A DNA stretch of 64,000 bases from Pavona decussata (taxonomy: Eukaryota): the NCBI GenBank assembly GCA_977016875.1, contig CDRNST010000326.1, positions 186,001 through 250,000 on the forward strand, in the 5' to 3' direction. Positions 1 to 12,125 of this stretch are shown in pieces. The position numbers and the translations under genes were made by a program. Every line of letters begins with the position of its first letter. The first letter of the stretch is position 1. The notes beneath the pieces are model-generated. The model was not told the origin of the DNA. It saw nothing but the letters and a program-made list of their open reading frames with translations, and made no database searches.

Positions 1-1500
1 GCCAACACCAACGCTAAGGCCTCCTTCTCTGTTTGGCTGCAGCATCTCTAAACATCTGTTAAGCTCCTTGATTCATACGCGATAACCCTCCAGACAGATC
101 CTTGAAGCTGTGTGAGTACCACACCTAGACCATCCGGTGACGCATCTGCAACAATTCGGGTCTCGCAACCGACCTAGTAGCACGCCAGCGTGTCTGCTTG
201 TGTAATCATAAAATTTAGTCTTTCGAAAACTTTTTGCTGTTTCACACCCCAGACAAACTTTATAGCCTTTTTGGTTAGCTCTTGTATAGGTCTGGACACC
301 TATGCTGCATCAGGCAAAAACTTTGCAGAGTACTGGACTAGGCCCATGAATGACCTCACCTCACTGGCATCCTTTCGGGGGTCTTGCGTCTAGAATGGCT
401 GCAATCTTCTCTCACTAGGATTGATACCATCGCTGGTCAGTTTGAGACCGAAGAAAGTTAGCTTTGATAACCGGAACTCACACTTGTTCCCATTAACCAT
501 CAACCCCACCTCTCTCAACCTGTCCAACACTGAAAAAAGCCTCTTGTCGTGTTTCTCCTTGCCATTCCCATGAATAATCAAATCATCGGCAATCTTTGAG
601 ATAAGTATTCACAACCCCTCAACACATCTCTAATAATCTGCTGGTACTTCTCTGGGGCAGACGTCACTCCAAACATCAGCTGCTTGTAACGATACAGGCC
701 ACAATGCGTCACAGATGTCGTGATGTGTTGGCTGTCCTCGCTGGGAAGGATTTGGTGGAAACCGAACTTTAAATCAACCTTGCTGAAAACTGTGCTGTCA
801 TTTAAATCATGCCAAAGTTCTTCTATAGTCGGACTTGGATGTCTTTCTCTCACAATTGCTTCATTGGCGCAATGCTTGTCTACACAAACTCTGACTTCAC
901 CATCACCCTTCAGCACAACCACTAAAGAAGAAATCCAACAAGATGGACCTTCTGGCACCTCCCCTGCTTCTAACAGCTCATTCAGTTTCTTCTCAACCAT
1001 CTTACGTAGGACTCATCCACATGGAGCTTGAGTTCATAATGTTTGAGAAGACCAATCCCTGTAAACAAATCTTGATATTTTCCTTGAAAGTCACCCTTAG
1101 AGTGCTCGCTCACAAAACTGTTTGCTTGAATAGGACCAACATGCAATAAATCGAGTATCTTCGCATTTTCTCGCACTAACAAAGTGCATCCATCACCCTT
1201 GATTACAATGAAATCGGCTTGACAGTTAGTATTAGTACTAGGCAATACAACAGTCGCAGAGAACGTTCCAAGGGTCAGCAGAGGCTCCATACCTCCATAA
1301 GGAAACAACACTAGCAGAACAGCGAGGCTCGCACTGGATTCCCTTTGTTTTCAACCAGTTCCACGTCTGCTGACCCATTAGATTGCATATAGCTCCAGAG
1401 TCAATCAGCACATTAGACACGTCTACTCCATCAACAGTGAGAGTCATCACAGCATTGTGAGAACTCAGATGGTCACTATTTTTGTCAACTGTGACATGAA
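1..1500 (-). pseudogene. Ty3/Gypsy LTR retrotransposon pol remnant (protease-RT-RNase H), frameshifted
   Basis: Minus-strand fragments: protease (VLIDSGAICNLM, 1238-1450), RT (GEVRVCVD..NEAIVRERHP..FSKVDLKFGFHQI..GLYRYKQLMFGVTSAPEKYQ, then DDLIIHG) and RNase H (IVADASPDGLGVVLTQ..SQTEKEALAL at 1-160). Protease-RT-RH order is Gypsy type; many frameshifts. Confidence 0.92.
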
Positions 1501-1762
1501 GTCAGGACTCTGTCTACTTTCACCAACTGAAAATCATTTCCCTCAACTAAGTTTGTTTCCATGCCCCTCTCGCGTCCACTACGGTAACTTCCGCTAGTCC
1601 CGGTTTTTCTTTCAAACTTTTCTCTGCGATTCTGGCAATGAACTTGCGAACCCTTAACGTGCCATTATTTTTGTTTCTCTTTTTGGATTTTTTCAACGTC
1701 AATTCAGTCAATATGTTCATAATAATACAATGCATTTAAATTAAGAACGAGGTAAGTCGGGA

Positions 1763-2363
1763 AATAGCCAGCCAAAAAAACGCAAAAAAACAAAAAATCT
1801 GTCCGCCATTACTCGGACAGCAGTGGAGAAGCCTGCAATTATTTTGTAAGCGGTCTTCATGCAAGACTTGGCTTGTGAGGTCATACGCACATTAGTTTAT
1901 GGTGTTTGACAAAGCAAGAAAGTCGATCAAGGAGGGACGTTGTTGTTGACCTCTTCTTCCAGTTCTTCTGCAAACTAAACAGAGGAAAGTTTTAAAGAAG
2001 AAACAGTAGAATAGTCCTGCTTTGTTTCTGATGAAGAGGATTCACACATGAAGTGGATGTTGTAATAGCCAGCCAAAAAAAACGTAAAAAACCAAAAAAT
2101 CTGTCCGCCATTACTCGGACAGCAGTGGAGAAGCCTGCAATTATTTTGTAAGCAGTCTTAATGCAAGACTTGGCTTGTGAGGTCATACGCACATTAGTTT
2201 ATGGTGTTTGACAAAGCAAGAAAGTTGATCAAGGAGGGACGTTGTTGCTGACCTCTTCTTCCAGTTCTTCTGCAAACTAAACAGAGGAAAGTTTTAACGA
2301 AGAAACAGTAGAATTGTCCTGCTTTGTTCCTGATGAAGAGGATTCACATGTGAAGTGGATGTT
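1763..2363. repeat. Tandem duplication, 2 x ~301 bp
   Basis: Unit starting AATAGCCAGCCAAAAAAA at 1763 recurs at 2064; both copies end GAAGTGGATGTTG; few mismatches. Confidence 0.95.
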
Positions 2364-2539
2364 GGTACATGGTACGACAACTAACCCTTTTTTTAGAATT
2401 ATAGTTTGCCAGCATTTAAGTAATTCCGTTTACAGGACACATGCTTTTGACATTCCTTGCATGTTGACGATACCTTCGCTGTTTACCATGCATACTAATA
2501 ATTGTCACGTATCGCTGAGTTGTTATGGATTGTTTTCAG

Positions 2540-2773
2540 GGGCCTATTTCTCAAAAGTCCCAGTAATGGGCCCGATAAGTATATTTTTAAATGTGTTTCT
2601 GCCAATTACACGGTGATTACAGACAAAGTATCTGGCCAATGTTTTCATAGAATTATAAGATTTAAAAATTTAGTATTCAAAGCTAACAAAAATTGACTCC
2701 TGGTAAAAAACGTTTATCACCAAAAACACTTACCAGGCCCGGTAGGTTACCAGGACTTTTGAGAAACAGGCCC
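2540..2773. mobile_element. Harbinger/PIF-like MITE
   Basis: TIRs GGGCCTATTTCTCAAAAGTCC ... GGACTTTTGAGAAACAGGCCC; 3-bp TSD CAG at 2537-2539 and 2774-2776. Confidence 0.85.
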
Positions 2774-2867
2774 CAGGATCTTTATCCCAATTTTTCTGTG
2801 CTTTTGATTTCATAATAAGTTTGTTTGGAGTTCATGTTCTTGCAATAATGTTTACTTTGATTCTTCA

Positions 2868-3110
2868 AGTGCACCTGTTCAAATTGTTCTGCTAAGTTGA
2901 CAAACAAACCAGAAGAGTGCCAGTGCCGCAAAAAAATCGATCGTTGTGGCGAGGTTATGGAAAGTTTTAATGATTCTGAGCAATGTATAATACTCCACCC
3001 TAGGTTACAGGCTGTTTGTCTTAACCATCTTAGAAGTAGCGGGTTTGGGTCTCAAGACAAAATCTGGGCAGTCCAACGTTTTTTGATTAGGGATGGAGAT
3101 CTGAAGCAGA
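2868..3110 (+). pseudogene. Cys-rich P2X7 C-terminal-like fragment (typical transposon accessory gene)
   Basis: CTCSNCS...EECQC..IDRC...QCIILHP.LQAVCLN matches the C-x-C-x2-C / E-C-x-CC / CI..HP.F..VCL pattern of P2X7 intracellular-domain-like proteins; degraded. Confidence 0.6.
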
Positions 3111-4316
3111 GTAAGTTACTTCCCACCTTTTTATCCATGTATAATTGAAGGGCTGGGAGCATAACCGACCTATGTCTAATGTCAGCCCGTTTTTCGATGT
3201 AGCTCGGATTTGTCCAAACTTTTGCATGTGAACTGCAATTCGATTGAAAACCATTGTCCAGTATTTTTTCATGCTGCTTTGTGTTTCGTATTAATGCCAT
3301 TGAGAAATTTCACCATCTTGTAAAGATATATCGGTATTATAGACACTGGATGACCAAAAGGACAATGCACTGAGTATTAAATACTTGTATTCAATATACA
3401 CTCGTTGTCTTTGAAACAGAGCACAAGAAAGCGGTCTTTTTCGCAGGAGCAACGAAAAGAATGCTGTCACGCTTTTATTTGATTCTGTTACAAACTACTA
3501 CGTACGTGACAGGAATGCCAGAAATGTAAACAGTTACATTCTCCAAGAGAAAATGTGTCCATTTCCTGGCGTAAAATCCAGCTTTGTCCCGTTTGTCGAC
3601 ATATCAGCCTTGATAACGCAAAATACTAGCATTCTACACAATTAACAGGAAGACATGTTGCCATTTCAACGATTAACGGCAGTTCTAGTAAAAGGTACTA
3701 TCTATTCTTTTCACGAGCAGTCGGTGTTAACCGTTGAAAATCTATGTTAATCGTGCTTTTATTGAATCATTGCCTTGAAATTGTCAAGTTAATCATTACA
3801 TACCGAATTTCAAGCCTGGCAAACCACAACTAAGGCTTGCAAAACACCTTGCACACAGCGGGATTTGTCTCTGATGCTCCCTCGGGATTTGATAATTGAA
3901 TTGAAAAATTCGTCACGGCACAGTCATCACTACCAAGGAGGGATTCTTTGGACAACATTTCGACCAGTTCCTATGAACTGCATTCGTCAATTTCATAACT
4001 TTTCAAAAGATCCATAGATGTCGTGCATTTACAAACTTCACCAAACAAAAGCGAAACCAACTAGCCAGTACGATATGCAAGTTGTTTATCCCGACTGCCT
4101 TGATCTATTTTGGGCTTGTTACAACCCGCAAAAGCAAACCATGATATATCTCAAACGTTACTTATAGAAACAACAACTGGTGCAACTAAACACGGCTCGT
4201 GGACAGTGGAAACTTTTAGGCTACCGATAATTTGGAAAACGAGTCTGACGTGGACAAAACCTGAAAAAAAATTGGCCTTCCGGGCGCGTTCACTTGTAGA
4301 CAAGCAAACTACCAAA

Positions 4317-4418
4317 TCCCCCTCCCCCTTCCCCAATGTTGTCTTTTGGGTCACGAACAGTTTCCTGGCAAACATCACTTCCCACATCAACATTGCATAA
4401 GGGGGAGGGGGGGAGGGA
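4317..4418. repeat. Short inverted-repeat element (MITE-like)
   Basis: TCCCCCTCCCCCTTCCCCAATGTTG ... CAACATTGCATAAGGGGGAGGGGGGGAGGGA form imperfect inverted arms. Confidence 0.6.
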
Positions 4419-4825
4419 GAAGTAACTGTTGTAGAATTAGCTGTATTTTCATATGCATGTGATAAATTGGATTAATCAATAATCAAAAACAAGAAGCTTT
4501 GCTTGCTCCCCCATTCTATATGACCAAAGAAGAAGCCTCACGCAAATACGTTTGTAATAATAATTATTTTAAACTACAAAAGAATTATATAAATAGTTCA
4601 TTAGGATGTTGGATGGATGTTGTGACATGATTGTGATGCATTAGGACAAATTCCGCATCACATAATACAAAACATACAAAATGTAAATATTCTATAATTT
4701 ATTTTTAAAATTTTTGTTTTGTAAGGTTTTTTAGGTAAGTGGCATACCGGCAGTTTACTAGACTACTCTGGGACTTCACTGAGACGTCAAGACGCTACCC
4801 ACTTCGATGCTGTGCTTGCACAAAG

Positions 4826-4859
<34 letters not shown>

Positions 4860-5506
4860 GCCATGGTTTTGAAGATGACTATGAAGATACATAGTTGATG
4901 TCATCAACAAAAACGGACTCCTATAGGAGCCACCAAAGGTAATAGAAGTCATGACCAACAACAGAACTCACAGATTTACATTTTATTGAACGACATGTAG
5001 ACTCAACTTTCTTGAGTTCCAGATTTAACAGACTGTGGGGAGGGCAAACTTGAACAAAATTTAATTTCTTGCAAATTTGTTAAGGTACCAGGATTTTGGC
5101 TGGAAATTGAAAATAACACATTTTTCATGATTCCAATGGGGAAGACTATAATGAACATTTTACAAAAAAAAACGGAAAGAAAAGCTTTTTTGCTTTTTAA
5201 AAGAATTACGAAAAAGAAATATTTTGCGATAATGTCATTGCTAATTATGCATTAACAAGTTTCTCTCACCAGTGCTGTCACCGCTAATTAATATTCATCG
5301 CAAGTCACATGTAATATGTACGCGAAGCATTTCAGTGTGATTTTTATCACAACAAAGCAAGATTAACGCAAGCCATCTATCTAATCGACTTTGGTATGAT
5401 TAGTTTCTCAAGAAATATTATTTTGCTCTACTTTCTTTATTGTCGTGATAGCCTCGTGAAAGTGCAAGAAAACTTTGTGTCCATTTACATCGGCAAAGAA
5501 GACAAA

Positions 5507-6426
5507 ATGGCAAAGGAGCGACCAAATTCCCCTCAGCGATGAGCATACACACAGTCTCGCTTGAAGTGGTCACGGGTCGTATTTTAATCAGGAAGCATCA
5601 TTATAAGGACCTGGATGTCGAGAAGCCATAACAACCTGAAGAAGAAACAGTCAGTACAAGTAGAGCCAAATTGGTGACAAGCAAAATTCCCAGTTCAACG
5701 ACTGACGAAACTAGTGCTAAAGTTGAAGTAGAACCATGGGAGAAGCTGCATGGCAGAACAATTGTAAGTTGAGAGAAACTCCAAGAAAATCTGCAAAAGT
5801 CTGTGTCCTGTCGGTTCTGCCACAGTAACGTTGAGTTACTGGAAAATGCAACTGGGCGAAAAGGTCTTCGCACAATGTGGAAATTGACCTGTGAAAATGA
5901 GGAGTGCCCATCGCACGCCTCAACGAATTTGTTTGCTACCAGAGACAGAGGGCATGTAACAATTGGGAGAGGACATTTGGCGGCAGTCAAAGTCCTGAGC
6001 TTTTTAGGGTTTCGGCCCATCAATAGAGTTTATTGGACAGAGAATATAACGTGGATTGAAATAGAAGCTAAGCAGTTACTAGAGGAAGAGCTAAATGCAG
6101 CCGTGTGTGAGGTAAAGAAAAAAAATTTTCACATGGTGAAGTTGCGTGTTCTCTCGAGGTGCTACATGAGAGTGCTATCGATACTGGTGTTACCAGGGAT
6201 ATGTCCCGGTCAATGCGTGGTTGGTCGGCATTAGATGGAGTTGTCGCTGCTATATGGGTTGACACCGGCAAAGTGGTGGATAAAGTTTATTTAAGCAGCA
6301 ATTGTGCGGAATGCATGAAAATGGAGGAGAGAAAAAAGACGGGGAGCATAAACAGGTTGGATTGGCATCGCTGGTTCCAAAAACACAAACCTGGCTGTTT
6401 CCTAAACCACGATGGCAGTGCTGCAG
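5507..6426 (+). pseudogene. Kolobok-type ('Mutator-like') DDE transposase, N-terminal half
   Basis: VSCRFC...GL...WKLTCENEEC zinc finger; GVT.D...MRGWSALDGVVAAIWVDTGKVVDKVYLSSNCAEC...KH...CFLNHDGSA resembles the DG(S/T)W-x-RG...TGKVLD...C-x2-C...NH.GS motif; ends at a splice donor (GCAGTAAG ~6426); frameshifted. Confidence 0.75.
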
Positions 6427-7094
6427 TAAGTCAATTGTAATTAATTTTCTCTCAGGTACCTTGGGAATGTTGCCAAATAATTGTTGCATAGAGTTGTCCA
6501 CTATAAATGCAGTTTCAAAAATCCACTTTGTTATGGTTCAATTTTATCCTCAGTCTATTTTTTTCCCTTTGGATTTTAGATATGGTAATGTATGATAGTT
6601 TAAAACAAAGGGATAAAAACATAGAATTGTACCAAAATGTTATATAATTATATGTTATATATAGAACAGTCTGACAATCAGATGGTAAATAGGACAATTT
6701 TAGTACTTTACACTAGAAAATGTTATTTGTTTTATTCACAAATATTTTATTCCATTATGTACATTTTTTCCCAATTTCAATTTTTAATGCAATGTTTTAT
6801 TACATGCGGATTATTGGCTATACTATTGAATGATTATCACATGATAAAAACCGAAAACTGTAGGATGATTATTTATTTTTGACCAGAGAGCTACATTGTT
6901 TTACACAACTCTTTGATTGTAACTTTATGGGCGTTCTGAAATAATCAGGATTCAGAAATTGTTCTTTTTTTTATTCAAAATTCTACTCACTATACGTTTG
7001 TTGCCAATTTCAATCTCGATATTACTACAAGTTTTCCCAATTGTGTTCATCTCCAGTGTGTTAATAATTTGTGACCTCTCACGCGGAAACTAAC

Positions 7095-7470
7095 GGCTTG
7101 CCGTTTTTAAACGGATAACCGTTCACAAGCCGTTTCTCATCCGTTCAGAAAGAATTTGAATCCGTTCAAAACGGAAGTCAAGCCCGTCGAACGTCTGTGT
7201 CATCCGTTCACAAAAATTGCCCAACCGTTCGAACGGCTAGTGTACCCGTTCAGAAAAATTTGCATCTGTTCGAGCGGTTTGGTCATCCGTTCACAGAAAT
7301 CGTCCATCCGTTCGAAGGGTTTGCATCATCCGTTCAGAAAAATTGTCTATCCGTTCAAACAGCTGTGGCACCCGTTCAGAAAAATTTGAATCCGTGCGAT
7401 TGACTTGGTCATCTGTTCAGAAAAATTATCCACCCGTTCAAAACTTCAGTTAGTTGCACCGTTCATTCAA
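7095..7470 (+). repeat. Subterminal CCGTT(C) array, ~21-bp period
   Basis: CCGTT-like cores at 7141, 7162, 7184, 7204, 7225, 7246, 7266, 7287, 7308, 7330, 7351, 7372, 7392 with variable spacers. Confidence 0.9.
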
Positions 7471-7541
7471 ACGCCTTGGCTGTTTAAATGGCCTTATGCA
7501 ATGCCTTGTGGCCGGTCTTTTGCGAAATGAAGACACAAAAT

Positions 7542-9441
7542 GTGACCTTGCACAGGAAAACGTACTTTAACGCTTATCCGTTAAACAGGCAATGCCGTTA
7601 AGTATCCGTTAGTCATCCGTTAAAGAACTGGATCAAAAACGTTAGAGGCGTTAGCGTACCCGTTAAACGTTCACATCAAACCGTTAGCACCGTTAGCGTA
7701 ACCGTTAAAGAGAATTTGGTAGCCGTTAGAGCGGCTTAGTAAGCCGTTAGGAAAATCCAGCATCCGTTTAACGTGTAAAGTAGCCGTTAAGAAACTTTGC
7801 ATCCGTTAGAACAGATGAAGCGCTCTCCATCCTTAAGTCTATCCGCTAAACGATGTCACAAAAACAGTTAATATGAATCTTTTGTTAATTCCCAAGTCCT
7901 CTTGCTCTACAATAAGACATCGAGAAATAACACCCGAAACTATTGTGCGTTTTTTAATCAAGGAAATGCTGTTTTCAAGTTTTGATTCGAAAGATTAAAG
8001 TACAATCGAGCATAATTATGTGCAGCGTACTGGTAGCGATCGCGCGTGTTTCCATTCTTAGCTTCTTCCATTTTTTCGCTTCTTTCACCGTTTATTACTG
8101 GGTTTAGTGGACAGGTATTCCAGTCATCTGTCAGAGGAAGACACAGTTACAATTTGAAATGAAGAAAACGTGACATTGCCTTTTGAGATTCGATGATCTC
8201 GATAATATTTATGCAAATGTGTAACGCTACGCCCAAGATGTAAACAAAGTCTGCTCAAAGGCACGCAAACGGCTACGTTGAAGTTTCCCCGGTTCCTTGC
8301 CGAATTCTACCGTAAACGTTGTACGTTTTTAAATAAGGAAATGCTTTTTCCAAAGTTTTCATTCGAAAGATTCACTCAAGTATAATCTTGCGCAGCGTAC
8401 TGCTTTCGCAGCAAATACAGTATTTCAGAAGCGATCGTGTTGCATTCCGCGAAGAAGCCTACACAGGCTAATTTTGAATTTGCATAAAGTTGTTTACTTT
8501 GACAGCTAACAGAAGCGCCGGCAACAACCGAGTGTAAACGGACAATCGGTTTCTTCCTCGCTATAAGAGTTTGAAATAGTTAATACTAGGTATTCGTAAT
8601 GTGTTAATTGAAACCACAAGTTTTCTCTTGATAGCGCCTTGAATGACAGATACAATTTTTGGTTCAGAAACTGAAGCCGACTAAAGCATGCGAGGTGTCC
8701 TGGGATCCCAGACATTCTATGGATTGTGTGCGTGTATAAAACAAGGGGTGAAAAGATACAATTTTTGTTTTCATCATTTTAGTATCTGGGTAACTTACCT
8801 TGGAAGTCAGATTCTTAGAACACTGAAAATATTTTTCTCTTCGAAAAATTCGAATTAATGAGTCGCGACTCAAGTTCATAAGCCAACTAGAACGAGCGAC
8901 TCGATTATTTCTCGCTTGGGTTTGATCTGTTATTCGGTTAAGAAAAGCCTTTTTTCAGTCTGTCGTGAATTTGACGCTTGGTTTGTGGGCAGTGTTGGGT
9001 TTAGTTTCGTTTGAGTCGCTTCACTTGTTTCCTTCAATCGTTTCGTCTCAGGTTTTCGCTCCTAACTGTAAATCTTTATCGTATTGTTTTCGCCATCAAC
9101 TGGGCCTTTTTTGTCATAACTCCACCGTTAAACGCTTTCAGGTGGCCGTTAAGCAAACCGTTAAACGCTTTCAGGTGGCCGTTAAGCAAACCGTTTAACG
9201 CCTTTGCAGCATCCGTTAGATATTTTGCTCAACCGTTTAATGGCTCAAGCTATCCGTTAGAACTGATTGCGCAACCGTTAGAATGCTTTTGCAATCCGTT
9301 AGGCATTGCGTATAATCCGTTAGAACGTTAGAACAAAACGTTAGAACGCTTTGGAAGCCGTTAACCATCCGTTAGCTATCAGTCCATTTTTTACCCGTTT
9401 AACGGATAAGCGTTAAAGTACGTTTTCCTGTGCAAGGTCAC
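7542..9441. mobile_element. Non-autonomous Sola1 element nested in the outer Sola1
   Basis: Perfect ~45-bp TIR GTGACCTTGCACAGGAAAACGTACTTTAACGCTTATCCGTTAAAC and its reverse complement ending 9441; TSD AAAT (7538-7541, 9442-9445); CCGTTA arrays at 7575-7850 and 9120-9400; no coding capacity seen. Confidence 0.92.
9120..9400 (+). repeat. Subterminal CCGTTA array, ~21-bp period, includes a 33-bp tandem duplication
   Basis: Cores at 9191, 9213, 9233, 9254, 9275, 9296, 9317; ACCGTTAAACGCTTTCAGGTGGCCGTTAAGCAA occurs twice at ~9124-9190. Confidence 0.9.
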
Positions 9442-9944
9442 AAATGGTAGTTTGCGAAATCTTGCTCTAGCCGTGCTTCCTTGCTTTCTTGTCGTAACGT
9501 GACATTGATCTCGAACCAAGCGAGAAATTCAGAACCCACTGAAAAAAGTCTCACAGAGCAACGCGACAATACTGTCTTGTGTAAACAACTGTTTGAATTG
9601 CTTGCCGCAATTGTTGAGTCGAAAACGTGTTCCTCTGATCCCAGGTAAACTACTAAGAAACGATGGAAGTGGCGATTCAACTCATTTAATGACCCATTGC
9701 CATAATCACGGGGAACAGTCTACCAAACGAAGAGAAAAGGGTTTTACCAGTTACGCTTTCTGATCTTTCGGTTACCGCTGTGAATGAAATTTGAGTCACT
9801 TGCAAACTCGTTGCCTAGCACGTGACCAACATCTACTTGGTCAACTATCTGATGATTTATTTTTCGTGAACCAAAACTCTCGTCATTTTTTAAAAGGCCT
9901 TAGATTTTTTTGCAAAGAACAGTCTAGAACTATGGCATAGTTCT

Positions 9945-10518
9945 ATGAAGCGACGGTTTGTTGCTAGTTGGCCAGCACGGGTGAGAATCACGAGAAGCGT
10001 GACATCTCGAGCGACGTGACGCTACGTGTCAACGAGACTCCTGTGATGGACGAAATTGAGTGCTCAATAGACCTGAACCAAGACCCTGACCTGACGACAA
10101 TTGACACAGACACCCTGAGTAGACTTCGCTCCGAGGAGGACCAATCAGCCGAGACCAATCCAGACTGGGAAGGCACGTCAGCAAGTACTCCACAGGGGGT
10201 CGGTGAAGAGCTCATTGGTACTTGTGTTATGCCATCAAAAATAAGAGCAGTCCAGGAGACCCTTATGAAAGAAAGGGAACGACACTTGTGTGCACTTAAG
10301 TTACTACCATCTTTCTTCAGTAAAGAAGACTAGCGACAAGTAACACAGATGGCACCCATGAGAAACACTGCCTTGACAGCAACAAACCGAAATCACTTCA
10401 AGTATTGGTGATTACTAAGTTTCCCGTGAACACAATGGAAGAAAAAGATAGAGCATGGAGATGCATTAAAGGAAAAATTAATTCAAAGTGCCGTGCCACC
10501 CGCAAGCATTTCGCTTAA
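9945..10518 (+). pseudogene. BEN-domain protein (cargo of Sola1), frameshifted at ~10330
   Basis: Acidic/disordered N-terminus, then RHLCALKLLPSFFSKE-(E)LATSNTDGTHEKHCLDSNKPKSLQVLVITKFPVNTMEEKDRAWRCIKGKINSKCRATRK*, matching the BEN pattern LL..FFS.EEL..SN..G...K..LD...FP...W..I...IN.KCR. Confidence 0.8.
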
Positions 10519-11685
10519 GAAGTTACTCCGGTTCGTTCATTATAACTTTTATGTAAACTAGAAACTGTAGACTCGGAAAAAAATGCTTTTTTTAAAATCC
10601 TTTTGTATGCCTACCTGTTCATTTATTAAAATAGTTGTTTGTTCAAAACTGAGTATAGTAATTTGATGGCGGTATTATCTCTCCGTGTAAACTGTCCTGT
10701 CATTGTCGCCGGCGAAGAGGTTTAGCTCTCACGCTTTTTTGTTGCGCTACTCATTTATCTTCTAGACTCTTGTCATTGAAAGACTATTATCTTCTCGTGC
10801 CTCATTATTAATTTTCCTCAGACAAAAGATGCAAAACTGAACGCTTAATATTTTAACGCAAGTCAAGCTGTAAAACAACTTATTGACTGACAAGTTGTTT
10901 ACACGCGCTTTCGGTTGATATCTGGGACTCGGGGACACGTCTATGTATCCCTTGGGGTTTGCCAACGGTAACTTTCAATAGTCACCAACAATTAGAACAA
11001 CTTACATTCGTCCGGTAATGTACTTGTCAGTAAAATTATTTTGAAATGCGCTGATAAAAACTTAATATTCTTTGCTCGCCCCACCAAAACATCAACAGCC
11101 TGCGCTTGTGATTTTTGAGTTTATGTATGCGATTTGTTTATGACGTAGCCTGCTCGCAGGGTATTTATGAATATGCAAATTCGGACAGTTACTTTGATGC
11201 TGCTCGCAAACATGACTTTGTAATGCCAGTTTGCTACTCGATTTAATTTTATCTAAAAACAGAATCGCTGGTAAAACATGTCTTTGAAACAAATATAAGG
11301 ATGTAAGGCGTGGACCGAGAAATGACAATTCGTTTTAAACTGTCTATTGGGAAAAGAGATGCACTAACCGGTAATTTTTACTTTAATTTTCTTTTTTTTT
11401 CTAGGCGACAAAACGCCAACAGCTCACGCATGTAATTTGTTTTTCAGCGCAACTTATTTGCGATTAGTTGGACAGTTTTTTTTATGCCGCTTGCAAACAT
11501 TGTTTTGTAATTGCTACTAATTCAGTTTTTTCATTTGTAGCTCGATTTAATTTGATTAGAATCGATGGTTAAACATTTGTTTGGATGCAGTATTAAAAAG
11601 CCTGAACCGAGAAACAGCAATGCTATTTGTCAGCGAAAAAAAGATCTTAGCGGAGCGATAAATAGACGCTGTTTAGAATCGCTTA

Positions 11686-11820
11686 AAGCCCGGTCAAACG
11701 GTCGTGATAGTTGATATGATAGCCTCAACTATCACGCATGTTTGAACTATTATTCACTATCATCAGATTTTACCAAGTATCATGCAGTTTGGACGCGTTG
11801 AAATTCGACGTGATAGTTCA
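11686..11820. mobile_element. Probable MITE end/fragment (Harbinger-like)
   Basis: TAA-AGCCCGGTCAAACG start followed by internal GTGATAGTTGA/TCAACTATCAC palindromic motifs; second terminus not found. Confidence 0.35.
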
Positions 11821-12125
11821 TAATAATAATAGATAGAGCGAAAAGGCTCTTCGCTGGACTAAGAAAAAGACGGGCTGCTACAAGTCTACGAAAAACCGAA
11901 ATAGAAATAAAGCTTTTAGCGCGCGTTTTGATCGAGGTTCGACTATATTATTTGGGCATATTGGGTAAACGCTGTAAACTCACTGCTGGTCATGACTTTT
12001 ATTGCATGTGGTGGCTCCTAAAAGAGCCGTTTTTTGTGCTATCTGTTGAGTGCAATGTCGAACGCTCGATTTTTCCCTGCGAGGTGCAAGGCAGGGCGGG
12101 AGTTCTTAAAAGAACTGTTTTGTTT

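Noticed and set aside
4750-4970. Possible PHD-finger remnant
   Set aside because: Cys/His spacing cannot be completed in any frame.
7156-7403. ORFs rich in PF/HPF repeats (also 9011-9331 and 14544-14735)
   Set aside because: Translation artefacts of the 21-bp CCGTT periodicity.
7095-7470. CRISPR-like appearance of CCGTT repeats with variable spacers
   Set aside because: The constant part is only 5-7 bp, spacers are ~15 bp and related to each other, there are no cas genes, and the arrays are subterminal to eukaryotic transposon TIRs.
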